In this document: positions 49,283-62,399 of the stretch, piece after piece
How positions within the stretch are numbered: the stretch's first letter is position 1
How the letters are laid out: each line of letters starts with the position of its first letter
Assembly: GCA_030704615.1 (NCBI GenBank)
Contig: CM060734.1
Location: 8,060,001 to 8,124,000, forward strand
DNA from: Takakia lepidozioides
Lineage: Eukaryota > Plantae > Bryophyta
Reading direction: 5' to 3'
Length of the DNA: 64,000 bases
Made by a program: the position numbers and the translations under genes
Notes under the pieces: model-generated
Seen by the model: only the letters and a program-made list of their open reading frames with translations
Told to the model about the DNA's origin: nothing
Database searches by the model: none

Positions 49283-52200
49283 CAGTACTTTGCAATTTGT
49301 TTTTATAGCATGTTTGAGGCGACGGAATCTCAGGCACATTGCCATTCCCTTTAGCCAAAGTGACATTTGCTATCTTTGTCCTCACATTGCTCGCAGCGCC
49401 TCGTAGACCGCATGCTTGAAAGAATATCCAAGGATTTTAGCAGGAGTGCGATCATCTGCATTGTATGGCAAAAGGCACAGATGGTCACATGGGTGGCTAA
49501 CGACAGTGGGGACTGCATTAATAGCCAGGTCTCTTTGGAATTAAGAGAAGCAGGTCATAGTCGAGTATTTGTTGAGGCTAGAGAAGCAGAAATGAATGTA
49601 GAAATGGAGGGTCAATTTTGATCTGAACACTCTGCAGTGCAATGACATATGTAATCGTGGACAATGCAAGCATTGGTTTTCAATGCCTCAAATAATGAAT
49701 GTTGTGGAAAGATCTTGAACCTCAGGAAGAAAGACGTCCTCTTTCTGTCCCTCTCTAGGTAGAATGCAGAGAAATCTCTCTTTCGCACATACAAGACAGA
49801 AACGAGAGGGAGTTCTGTGTATCAAAGGGCTACTGTGGTGCTCATGTGCTTATCGCGTTTTCTAATTTTATGTCAATGCCTTTACTTGGATTAGCACTCA
49901 ATTCCCTCTAGCTGAGTATTGAACATCTTTGGCCTCAGTTTCGGGTTGGAAACTATGAACTTTTCTTGGTTTATCACCTTTCCATGGGGTCTTCACACTC
50001 AAGGGAACGTCAGTGTTTTTCTTCGAAATTGTTAATCAACTTCCAGGTAAGTTATTCTTGTTGAGAGGCTCTCTGTTGGATGAGTGCCTCATATCAAGCA
50101 CACTTTTTGTGTGCTCTGGTGTAATATCCCAAAATGTGGGCATGGTTGTCAAGTCTTAATGTTGTACATGCCGTGGGGCTGCATTAGTTTGTTAGGGTTG
50201 CAGAATTATGACTGCCTCACTCATGCTTAGGCAGAATCCTCACCTTCACTGATCGAGTGGACACGGTAAGGGATTATGTGACTCGGTTTTCATATTTTCC
50301 TTTGAATCATCGAGCATGGCAAGACTCTGAGGACCATCTTTTGGAATGTAGGTCGAAAGTTCAAAAGACGGGAAATGGCTGGTGGGCTAGAACTTTCGGA
50401 GAGAACAGAGCTTCTTACAACAGTTGTAACCAGGTTACTAAATTCTTCAGTTAAACATGAGTGTTGAGGGATTTTCAAGTTTTACCTTACATAGTGCCCA
50501 GCAATAGTTGTAGTGTGGCCTTCATGCTGGGGGCGAGTTTCCGCAGATTCTGTTGAAGTAATGTGATAGACAGGGCCACCTTCATTAAGAAATTTTGCGA
50601 GTCCACCATCCGTAAGATCAAATTTGTCCAGATTTAGGAATTGCAGTAGGTGCAATGGGATGTGAAATATATTCAAGGTCTTGTTGCACTTTCCCTTTTT
50701 AAGCATGTGGCAATGCTCTGGAACAGGTCAAAGATGACCCTGGAAAGAAAGAAAGCTTGATAGAGATGATTGACACTCTAGAGTATAGTGAGCCAGCTCT
50801 TTTTCTGGAAAGTTGAGTCGCAGACATGAGGCAGGTGTTTAGGAAACCCACCAGAAGATCCTGGAGCTGTGTTGCTGAAGGAAGGACCTACAAAAGTAAT
50901 GGAAGGTCCAATACTTATACAAGTGCTCAAGACAAAAATATACAATCCTGGTGCTTGCCTGTGCTCCTGAAGATGGGCAGTTAGTCCTATATTATCAGAC
51001 CCTTGGGATTGATGAACAAGGCATGATGGGGGGAAGAAGGCCCAAAATGCAGTCCACATCCAATGTTCCTGCAGAAGATCTGGAAGACCTCCTCCTACCT
51101 ACTGATTATGCGACTACAGTAAAATGTTTGAGAGTGATGAACAAGGCATGCTGGGTAAAGATCATGAATTACGATTGTTAATTGCAGGGAAGAAAGGTTC
51201 CACTGCCATGGGAGCAATAAGTAGACACTGCTGGAATCAAATCTCCATTGCAAATGGCACTGAGAGCATTGAGGGCTTTTTCCGGCAGGCTCAGCATCAG
51301 ATTGGCTATTGCTAAAAGCTTCTTTTATTGCATTGTGAGCAATAAAAGGACACGTAGTCGTATCTTGAAAAAATGTTGGATTGACATTTTCCCACTCCAG
51401 TTTCTGACTGGCACCCTACCTTCAACCTTGTTTCTTTGGCTCTGATGCTTATAAATAGTAGTCCAACAGGTGATCAACAACATGGCATCTTGACAACTAC
51501 TACATTCCATTCATAGCCACTCTTTTTGCAGACCTGCCACTTTACCACCTTTGTTTCTTTAAAAATCTGCATTCACACCGTTCCTCAGCCCCCATTATCA
51601 GTACAAAAGGTCTCTACTATTACGATACTAAGCACCTTTTGTAGCTCGGCAAAACTATGACCATCCAAAGACTGCACAAGCAGAGATGAATCTTACAGTC
51701 CAGAGCTGTTGAGACTAGTCAAGTGCTGACTGTCATCTTGAGTACAGAGTAAACACGCTGGTCTTCATCTCCCTGCATCTGTTCCGGGAACCTACTCATA
51801 CCTGCAATGTAGCAACAAATGGGACAATAAGGGGTAAAAATAGTATGAGACATGGCCAAGGCAAACACAATTAGAAAGCGTAACACTGGAAAGCTGTCCA
51901 GAAATTGTGGTGGATATGCCATTCCTAGCTATGTTGGAGTTGTCTTATGAATAAAATTCCGCTTGCCACAGCCTTACACCATTGCTTAAGGCTCTCTGCT
52001 TGGGTACTAAGGATGACTTGGGCCTTTCAGATTTCCTTTAGAAAGCTTTTACCATAGCTCCATGCATTTTCACACAAATTACAGTAGCACTCTTTTGTAA
52101 GGCCACTCACTCAGAAATATTCCCCCGGTACTGCACTAGGCATGCATCACCATGATGCCCACACACAGGACACCTGTCCTTAGCTTGGATAACTTTCTGA

Positions 52201-52729
52201 TGACTGTGTTTTGAGAGTGCCCATTAGCTCCTGAGGCACAGGTTCATCAAATTAAATGAGCTGAACTTTTGCACAATCTATTCAGCTCATTTAATTTGGA
52301 CAGCATTTCCTACATAGCCTCCTCCTCAGCCATATCCACCAACTTTCCTAGGACGTTGTGGTGGTGTTATATATATGAATATAAAATCTCATCAACTTAA
52401 GACTTCCCAGATAAGTGGTCAGAGCTACCTGCTCTATTAGGAGACAACTAAAACGAACATATGGGGGAAAGTCAGACAGACAGCACCAGACAGCCTTAAG
52501 CCACACATCCATAAACAGTTGATTGTAAGTTACCATGGTGTACCTCTTCCAACGCCAATGTCCTTCCTAGGCTCAGACAACACAGCACCACAAGGATCTC
52601 AGAGCACATCCTACATGGAAGAGCCTTCAAAGTCCCCCTGAGTGTGGCCAAGCCCAACAATAAGGCCCTGGCCTCTTGTAAAATACTGCTGCACATCATT
52701 CGAGCAATCAATACCTCGGCTGGGGTTCT

Positions 52730-54849
52730 CTATGATCCTTTTTCTCCATTGGAATTCGGTGCCAAAGTCAACCCCGAAGCACTGTCAGCAGAGAAGAAAG
52801 ATTCAGCTAATGCTTGTGCAAGTGTTGCTGCATCGAGTCGCTTGTCTCTATCTTGCTGGTGTTCAATGGGGGCTGGGGGAACATCAATATTGGCCAAGCT
52901 TGCAGCTATGGCTGCCACATACTCAGGATCATCTTCATCAACAATACTGTCGGTAGGAGCACGAGAAGCTGCTGGCATGATGGCAGAGAGTGCTGCTGCA
53001 AGATTTGCACCTTCGATTTTTGCTTTGTCATTCTCTGGTTTTTGCCGTGGTGCTACAGCTTTTGACTTCTCGTTCTCCGCCCTTTTGGCAAACCTGTATT
53101 CAAATGAAGAATAAGTTTTCTTGCATATGTATTTCGACTTTTTAGACCTCAGTGTCAGATCGTAACCTAACAAAACCTCTTCGACATACTCAGAGAGCAC
53201 AAAGTATTGCAAGAGAGTTTTTCCATAGAGAGCCTTCAAAGCAAATTTTCCTAAAAGCTACATATATTTGGCTAAACCTCACGAGTTTCTACAGGCATGG
53301 CAGTAACTTCAAGGAGCCAAGGACTACTGTACCGGGTGATGTTATCAGCCTCTTCAGGTGTGAGCCAACGGCCGAAGCCACCCTCTGTGCCCCAATTGCT
53401 TGAGCCAGGAAGGGAGCCCTGGACCACAAAGATGCTCCAGCCACTGCTCTTCAGTGTATCAAGGTAGGCAGTAAGATAGAAGTTGGAGAGATGCTCGGGG
53501 GCAGGGTAAAGGCTGTTGAAATTGTACCATTTGTCACCAACTTTCCGAATAGTAAACCAATGTGCCTGCAAGCAATGGTTGCAAGATCTTATCAGCTAAT
53601 GGATGTTCCAAATATCTGATATGAAGCTTATACCATCAATGGAGAACTTCTCATACATAAAGATTGAGTATTAAAACAAGGGGATTGGTCATCACTCCCT
53701 TCCACATTACAGATGGTACCTCTCACTCATTAAAATCTGCAAAGCAACTACAGGCGGGCTCGCAACTGGTTCCACCTCTAATGTGGCAATGGCCACTATG
53801 TAAAGTACAATTCCCTTTTGTAGAAGAGGTAGGTAATATGGCATGCACCCATGCACCCTTCCAACTCCTATATGTTTGCACAGAATTAGGAAAAGTGAAG
53901 AGGAAAAAATTGGAGAGTGCTTGTTTCTTAGATCACTCAGCACATTTAAAGCAGCCCACTTACCCGAAGTGGACACTGTCAGTTAAGGAAAGCACGGCAC
54001 AATTTGGAGAGTCCAACTTCCTGAGTAGTCTTGCCCAGCTCCCAATACTACTAACGGAAGAAAGCGCCTTCTAGTGATTTATGGTCAGACGAGGTAACTT
54101 CCAATATCAACACAGAAGTTCTTGAGCCCTGGACCACATACTGCATGGCCACAGTCTGGCCATACTGTTATAGAAGCATCCTAATACATAATACAAGTCC
54201 TGTTATTCTCAGGCATGGTGAATGCGTCAGGTTCTGGGCTACCCAACACGTGATTTTAGCAAAAGATCAAAAACTGAGTTGGTTAGAGGCAGAGGTATCC
54301 TCAGCTACAATCAAAGTGTGCCATCTCACTGTCACCTAAGATAATATAGGCCAGGTGTAGGTAGTCACCTAGAACGTACTATACAGGGGATCCTTAGTCG
54401 AGGAAGGATACAAGACCAAGGTGTTAGACAAGAATGATCAGGCATACCTGCAAATGACAGATGAAGGCGTTCTGCTTCTGTGGACCCAAGCGTGCATCTT
54501 CAGCTTCGGGGGCTTCTAATGGAATGCACTGCAAATCCCAGACCAAAAGCGCACGATTCAAAACCTGGATGCTGAAATTGCCATCGGCTGCAACATTTGA
54601 AGAGCCTTCGGCCATGAACTTGAGATAATGGGAAGAGGAAGCCCCACTCTCCAGCATCACTTGTTGTTCTTGCTGGTCAAGGTCTTGTGCCATGGTTGCC
54701 AGGTCAATTTCAGAGAAATATGGGCCCTGTAATACCGCATTTACACAATGCACTGCACAGAGTCTGGATTCCTGGACCTCATGGTAGAGCATCACTCCAT
54801 TGCCTCCAATCCCGTCCATAACATCCATGCTGCCGCTCCTTTCTGGCAT
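52730..54849 (-). CDS. ATXN3: Ataxin-3 homolog (Josephin deubiquitinase with UIM); exons 54849-54448, 53565-53333, 53093-52730
   Basis: LYHEVQESRLCAVHCVN (catalytic Cys), GNFSIQVL, FICHLQ|AHWFTIRK (His), WYNFNSL (Asn) and UIM DDPEYVAAIAASL. Junctions are in frame. Confidence 0.92.
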
Positions 54850-55116
54850 TGCTTCCAGCCTCCAATCCTCTAGAACAAACTGTGGTTCAAATCGACAGGT
54901 GTTTACAAGATCCGGGAGTCTTTATTCACTGTAACCCCATGACATCCTACGACATAAGAGCGGTCTCAGAGGTCTCAGGAAAATCCATAAGCACTGAAAC
55001 CCTGACAACACCCGGCAAACACGCCCAGCTCGGGTCACAATTTTACTAGGGTTACGCCCTAGGTGATCATACTGCAGGTTCATTGCTTCTTCTTCTTTTT
55101 CCCCTGGGCATCGAGA

Positions 55117-58100
55117 ATTTTTTTACTTTTTTTTTTCTAAATTTTCTGAACAGGGGGGTTGGTGCCCTGGGATTTTATTAATAAGGGTAAGGAAAAAATA
55201 ACCTTACATAAGCCATGAAGGCAGAGAATAGAGTTTCCACTTCGTAACCACAGCCCTAGGGAAGAGGGGAGAACAACTGAAATAAGACTATACTAAGCTG
55301 CACTGCCAGCACTTCACTAAGCAAGAATGCAGCAAAGGGGGGCAGCAGATCCACAGCTTGCTAAAGCTGAATCTACCACCACAGATGAGATGTAGACGGC
55401 AAAAGGACCTATGTTCCAGCAAAGATTCTGCCTGTCACCAAAGCACAACCTGCAGAGATCCGATCTGCTGAAGAACAAGAAAAGACAGGGCCCTACAATC
55501 CTAACAACCAGGATCTACATGCTGCCTCTTTTCCTTTTAGGTGCCTCAAAAGATAATTGGGCCTTGGATTTCCCAGTTCTAAGACTCCTCGTGTGTGTCC
55601 AATTGACCTCCACATCCTCGCCCACCATAGGGGAAGACTTATTGCAGATATCACTGCCAGCAGGCAGGGATGTCTTCGTACCATTCAATCCGAGACTCGT
55701 CGATTCTTCTGCAGAAGAACCCCCCCTTACCCCAAGACCTGTCGAAGTCTGCAAGCAACTGGTTCCTTCTCCTGTTTCCACATTTTGCAATGGCTGCCAC
55801 AAGGAGACACCAAGACTTGCGAGCTTCAGACTTTAAGTCTGAGTGAGCTAAGAACAAAACCCTTTGCAGACAAGGCCTAGCATTCTGAAAAACTACAGAG
55901 CACCTCATCTTCCAAAAATATGCCATAGCACAATGTCTCTAAGGGACTCCCAAAAGGGACAGGTGCAAAACAGTCTGCCATCTTTAACATTAAGGAGAAG
56001 GGGCGGGGCAGAGTAGGTGAGATCCCTGTTCCAAAAAGCGTAAAGGGCAGTAGCACGGGCCAAGACAGCTGCAGCGAAGGGACAATAGACAAGGCAGTGC
56101 TCCAGATCTTTTGGATAATTCACATTGCAGGTGAGACAGGAAGAAGGAAGGTCGGAGATATTACTTCCAACAGGGAGGATTCTGTTGACTATCCACCACA
56201 GAAAAGAGGAGATTTTAGAAGCCCGATGCTTCTTCCAGACATCCTTCCAAACCAGATTCCACGGGATTGAAAGCCCAAGGTGATATGACCATTTTCTCGC
56301 CCATTTCCTATGAAAGGATTGTTTTGGCACTAGGAGAGAGTAACCCATCTTAACTATGTAGGCAAAAAAATGATCATGTTTCTTGGACATCCAGATCCAT
56401 TCCCCAGGGTCGAATTGAAGTAATCTCACTGGTGCAGAGAGAAACCAAAAGAACGAGTTATCATAGTGCTGCAGCAGCATTGGGGGGGTAGGGTTTGATT
56501 TCCCCGAGGAAGAGCATATGACTCTAATATCAAACCAGCCATTAGAGACAGGGAGGTTGTCTTCCACAGGGCATGTCAGAATACTGTTCCCTTGGACATG
56601 AAAGGAAATGCCCCGCAAGTGATTATCCACCAAGGCAGTCGCATACATGGCTGTTGGGCCGTTCTCCGTGAGAAATCCCCTCCATCTAGGCAACTGCAGA
56701 TTTTGATTGTTGGAGAGGAGGTCAAGCCATCTCTGCGGCAGAGTACCCATAATAGTTTGCCATCCAGAGGTCACCCTCCTAGAAGAGAAACCAACAGCAG
56801 CCGCCTCTGGAAGGATTGCAGAGCCTGCATCTGTATCCCAAAAGTGCATAAAGTGAGAGAGGCCCGCGTGCTCCCAATGCGACCATCTTTCAGAGCAGAG
56901 GATAAGGTCTTCGGAATCCCTGTTATAGTTACCAAAGATGGTTGTTGCAGCACTTCTTCCAAGGAAGCAGGCATTGATTGAACCAAAAAATTCCTCATTT
57001 TGCACCAGGCAGACCAGATTGTCTGCACGCTTTAGATCCCGTCCGTGGGTTGCAGTTAGTCTTTCCGCCTTGGACCATCCATCTTAGAGAGGTAGGCCAT
57101 AGAGTACTTGTTTTCGGGGTGGATGCTGCAACATGATGTCTAACTAATCTGCTCCAAGGGCTCTGAAGGGGAGTGAAAAATCGTGGCACCCACTTTGCAA
57201 GCAAAGCAACAATCTGCGAGTAAGGGCCAAGAACTCCAAGGCTGCCATGTTTCCTCTTTTGACAGAGCTGAATTGCGAACCATGGCTTTGATCTTTTGAA
57301 TGATAGGAGCCCCAGGAGACCATACTGCAGCAGAGAACCAGGAAGAGGCGAGAATAACCTGATTGGCAATTAACGCTCTCCCCCACACTGTTAAATTCAG
57401 GGAACTCCAATAGGCTAGCTTGCATTTAATTTTCGATAGCACAGCTGCAGAGCGGCACTCATCCGAGATGCCATGGCCAATTTGGTGTCCGAGGGACTCA
57501 TGCATTTGTCCCTCCTCCAACCATTTAAGCCCCAGCTCCTCCCCCTAGGGATCGCAATGAGCAGCAGAGGCACCCTCTGGCAAAAGGCTCAGTAGACCAA
57601 CAGACTTCTCCCAATTAATCTTCAGCCCCGACGCCTCACAGAAACAAGTAAGGGAATTGAGGGTTGCATTGACATTGTCCATAGAACTGTTGTCAATAAA
57701 AAGGGTGGTATCATCTGCATAGAGGGAAGATCTAATGAAGGAGGAGGGGTTCAAGGACGGAGAGTGGGGGATAACAGGACCTAGAGAATCATTTCTCGCA
57801 TCCATAAGGTGTCCCAAGCCATCAGCGGCAATGAGGAATAAGAAGGGAGCTAAGGGGCTGCCTTGCCTGACAGATTTAAAGAGAGGAAAAGACTTTGACA
57901 AAGCACCATTGATCATCACTCTGCTAGAAGCATAGGAAAGAAGGATAGCAATCCAAGATAGGAAATTACCGACAATACCGGAGGCTTCCAAGGCACCCAA
58001 CAGGTATTTCCAGTTAATATTGTCAAAAGGCCTTTTGGAAGTCTAGCATAAGCAATGCTAAAGGTTGTTGAGCTGCATGCGCCGTATAGAGGGCTTCATT

Positions 58101-58480
58101 TGTGAGCAAGATGTTATCGAGTATCATCCTGTTCCTTAGAAACCCTGTCTGTTCAGGCCTTATGAGCTTGGGTAGCAGATGTTGCAGCCGCAAAGCGAGA
58201 GCTTTCACAAGAATTTTATACGTGGAGTTCAAAAGTGTGATTGGCCTGTAGTTGGAGAGATTGTCCCGTCTACCTTTTTTGTACACCACGGTGATGACTC
58301 CTTGCGAAAGCTGAGAGGCCGGCATGATCCCTTTGCGAAGAATGTCATTGGCCATGCTCAGGAAATCTTCTCCTATACAATCCCACATAGCGTTGAAGAA
58401 CTCCACTGGCAAGCCATCAAGGCCAGGAGTCTTCATGGATCAAGATTCTTTGTTACTTATGCTTAGGATAAAACGGAAAG
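55117..58480 (-). mobile_element. 5'-truncated LINE (L1-like) ORF2: RT plus zf-RVT, with poly(A) remnant
   Basis: KTPGLDGLPVEFF, NYRPITLLN..YKI..KAL..RL, LDFQKAF, VRQGSPLAPFLF, YADD, SGLKINWEKS, GRALIANQV, FLW...LP...CLTC...EHCL..CP. T-tract at 55117-55137. Frameshifts present. Confidence 0.93.
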
Positions 58481-58570
58481 AATTTCTGAAAAAATCCTTT
58501 GTATTTTGAGTGGGCTTATTTCGTGGAATAAAGTGCCACGTTGCTAGAGTGGCTTACGGAGTGTAAGCAC

Positions 58571-60206
58571 CAGTGTTGTGCGGGTATATAATTTACCCGG
58601 ATATACCCGCCGGGTATATCAGGGTATAATCATTTAACTTTAACCGGACCCTATACTTTTTTTAACATGCCATTGGAATATAACCGGAGGATAATTTATT
58701 TATATTACCCTTACCCTATGTATAACCGGCATCTGATGGTATGGATATACCCTGCCCCCGAGGCGGGTAAGTCTCAGCTTGAAGGGTATGTCCGCTGGCG
58801 GGTAAATCCGCATCCATAGCTTGCACCTAGTTCTCTTGCAGTTGCTCGAACGTTGGCGCTTCAACCTCCAGCCCTACTTGTCCTCATGGTTTGAGTCATC
58901 TACTTTGTGATTGCTTGGCCCCACCTCTCTACTCCAGCTCAGCCCACCATGAAGGCTTGTTCAGCCTTTCCCTTGACTCCTCTAGTTTTGGCGTTTTGTT
59001 CAAGAACGGCTGATTTAGAAGCTTGCGAGCAAATACTATAGGAGCAGATAGCACGTTTGCGCAAGCAAACACAATTTTGGAAGCCACATGGTCGGCGGTC
59101 GGGCCCCTGGGCTTTCTTTGCTACAAACAACAACAAGCCTCTGGATGTACATAAACCACAGGTTCTTCGCTGCCTCTTATGTCATGTTGATTCTTGTGAT
59201 GTTCAACATGTGGCAATCAAAACTAGGGGTAGGAAGGACTGATCACTCCCAACAAAGCTAATGGCACGAATGCGATGAGAAAACACATTAAGAGTGAGCA
59301 CAAAGAGGTGTTCAGCCGATACTACCATGACTTGCAGGCAGCTATATCACACATGAACTCGTCTGCTGATTGTGAGAAAGAGCGATATAAGAAACGAACC
59401 AAAGTAACACCTGGCACCATTTCCAACTTTTTTGGAAGTTCTATCCCGTACAAAAAAGGTGATGAACAACAAAAGTCTTTTATTGAAGATTTGGTGTTGC
59501 TTGTTGTGAAGGGCTACTTTCCTTTGAGATTTGTTGAGAATATTTGGTTGAGAAGGTTCACGCTGAAACGAGACCCGCGTGTGGTATTTCCCTCCCGTAG
59601 AATACTTACCGAAGAGATTTTACATGCCATTCTTCAGACCACACTTGTCTTGTACGTGAAACCATATCTCGATATTTGCAGTACGTGCAATGCTACCTTT
59701 GATTTGTGGATGAGCAAGGGGGCGGAAGATACTTTTGCACTTGTGGTAAATTTTCTTACTGAAGATTGGGAGCCCAAACACATCACGGTGGGCTTGTTTG
59801 AGCTAAAGACACGACGGGGGCAGGGTTAGCAATGCAACTTCAATTTTTGCTTAAGAAGTTCGGACTAACAAAGAAGGTTTTATGCTATGTGAAGGATGAG
59901 GGTACCAATTTAGCCACCATGACAGGGGCCCTTAAGCAAGTTGTGAGTTGTGATTCTTTGGACCTAGAAGTGCCCTTTGAGGGCACATGCTTTGGGCATG
60001 TCATGTCGAAGGCATGTCAATATACAACGAATGACGACAAGGTGAGCGACGGCATGGCGGGGGTCTCAATCAAGGTTGCCCAATCAGCCATACAAGCATG
60101 CATCACATGGCCTAAAAAATCAGGAAAAGGCAGACATGAGTGGTTCAAGGCTTGTTTGGACTCTGGTCTTAGGCAGGTGCCTCGAGCTGGTGCACGTGCA
60201 TTGTAG
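58571..60206 (+). mobile_element. hAT-family DNA transposon: 5' TIR, subterminal repeats and frameshifted transposase (BED finger plus start of the catalytic domain)
   Basis: CAGTGTTG... terminus and TACCC/GGGTA repeats. PWAFF...RCLLC...MRKHIKSEH (BED), TFDLWMS, VKDEGTNL, CFGHVMSKACQ. Confidence 0.85.
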
Positions 60207-61179
60207 CATAACCATGATGAGGAATGTGTTGATGAAGCGGCTGATAAGACGAGACGATTGTCCCTTCTGACGCAAGGGTATTGCTATAATCGGTAGTCAG
60301 AATAAAGAGCTATTGGTTTGGAGGCCGACTGAACATGAGGAGCCCTCCGTAGCAGCCAGCTATGTTCGTATCAGATAACCCGTTTTTTAGCTTGGAATTG
60401 AGAAACTGTGTGGAATCAAGCCAGACTGAGCCTAAAAGTAGTGCAAGAGAGAGGCAATAGAAAACATGGAAGAGCCAGAGATCAGCGCGATAGGATCGCA
60501 ACACTGCATCACTTCAAACAAAGGCCCTCGCCATGGCGGCGGCCGTAGCAAAACGCAGAAAGAACGAGAAGTGCTGAAGCTTGTGGTGTTGAAAAGATGG
60601 CTTCCTGTACCCCAAGTCAGGATGAGAAAACGCCAAAATTGTCGGGTTTGGCAGACCAAGATCGGGGAAGCCTTACATTTCGTCCCGCAAGTGAAGTCGC
60701 AAAGCTGAGCAACAGAGAGTGAACACGGCACTGAAGAAAAAGGCTGGCTGTGCAAACAAACATGGGCGTTGGTGCTGCGAGAGGGTATGTTGTGCCACAC
60801 GTTATACAGCTGAGCGACTTGGCCTGTGATAGGAGTAATAGACTAAAGCTTGGGGTTGGAAAACTTATCAGAATCTTGCAAGGTGAGAAGAATCGCTAGA
60901 GTCAGACAGAGGAGAGTATGAAGACACTAAACATCAACGCGATAGGAACGTTGCGTAGCAACGCTGCGAGTGCATAACATATCCATGGCGGTGACCAAAG
61001 CTAAGAAAAGAGGTGGGCTAAAACAGCGGGAGCTCTAAAAACGGACGTGAAAATACAAGAATCCAAGGAAAATAAGTCAGATCCCTAAATATTAGTCATA
61101 ACTATGGGACATGGCTAAGGTTGGCGGTGGGAGAGCAGGGCTCCGCCCCCCCCACCAAGGGACGGGAAAGTCAAGACGG

Positions 61180-61500
61180 CTCTTAGAAGATATGTACATG
61201 TGCATGAAAGCAAGAAATGGAGCAAGGATCTTCACAACTTGCTCACGCATGCGTGCCTTAAGAAGCAAGAGCTTCATCCCAAAATCAAGTCGTGGGGCAG
61301 CCATCACGATTGCATCAAGCTCAATCCATTCCGCTTCCAAGCGCACACTTAAGGTCATTGCGGTGTTCAAGGCATCACTAAGCAACCAATAACCATGTCG
61401 TTGATTGACAACACATGCAGAGACCACAGAGGACAAAGTTGAGGATATTGCTTCGGCCACTGCCCAAGTCTGTGGTGTAGGAATACGACCTTGGAGGGCG
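61180..61500 (-). mobile_element. Inverted downstream fragment of a hAT transposase
   Basis: ALQGRIPTPQTWAVAEAISSTLSSVVSACVVNQRHGYWLLSDAL looks like the continuation of the transposase at 59-60 kb, but on the opposite strand. Confidence 0.6.
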
Positions 61501-62399
61501 CAAACCTTGTCTTCACCGAGGTGCTGAGCTAGTGGTTATGCGATCATTACCCACACTGGTAGCTCTCCACTACTCGCACTACTCATGACCAAAGCACCAC
61601 CCCTGTTGCTCACGGAGGTTTGAAGACCAATATTAAGGACCAAGGACATCTCGGTTGGAATTTACACCCCCGCAAAGCACCTTCTATGGAATGGGCATTT
61701 CCCCTCGCTCTAAGTTCATCCCTAGTTTATCGCATATGAACATCATTTTTTCAGGCTCCTGGCAAAGCGAACTTGATGGCTCTTACTACCTCTACCTCAG
61801 CACCAACCCAAGGCGCATCAAGGCTGTAAGTAACAACATTGCAAGTGATGTTTTTGTGAAGCACGTCCGAAACCACGATTCCCCAGTGTGCAAGATGAGA
61901 ACTCAACTGTCGTGGACCAATCCATCGATGTTTCTACGAGGTGTTTGGGTTGCAAGACAATATGCCCACGGGATACGAGTACAACCGGTACAACATGCCA
62001 TTGGATGTGGAGCCTTACAAATTTTTAAATTGTCAGCACTGGGGGGAGACAATGACATGGGATGCTCCAAGAGAGATGCACGCCTCGGATGCCTACGGAG
62101 AGCTCGAGCCTGGGCTCGAGTGGTCAAGGAGGGACCCAGTGTTGTCTAGTCCACCCTTGCCATCATGCGTAGCGTTCCAGACGAGTGATGACTCTCTTCC
62201 ACATTTGCCAGAGCCGAGTTTGTCGCTTTTGCTACGGCGTCATGCAATTTTTCAATTAAATCTGGTATGTTTGGAAGTGGCAAGAACACCCCTGGAATAG
62301 AGGCAACTTGGTCACGCCATGTCTTCTGCCAATACCGAACAACACTCCTGATGGCAGCCTTGAAATTTGTGTTGTTCTCCGCAACTCTACCTCATTGAT

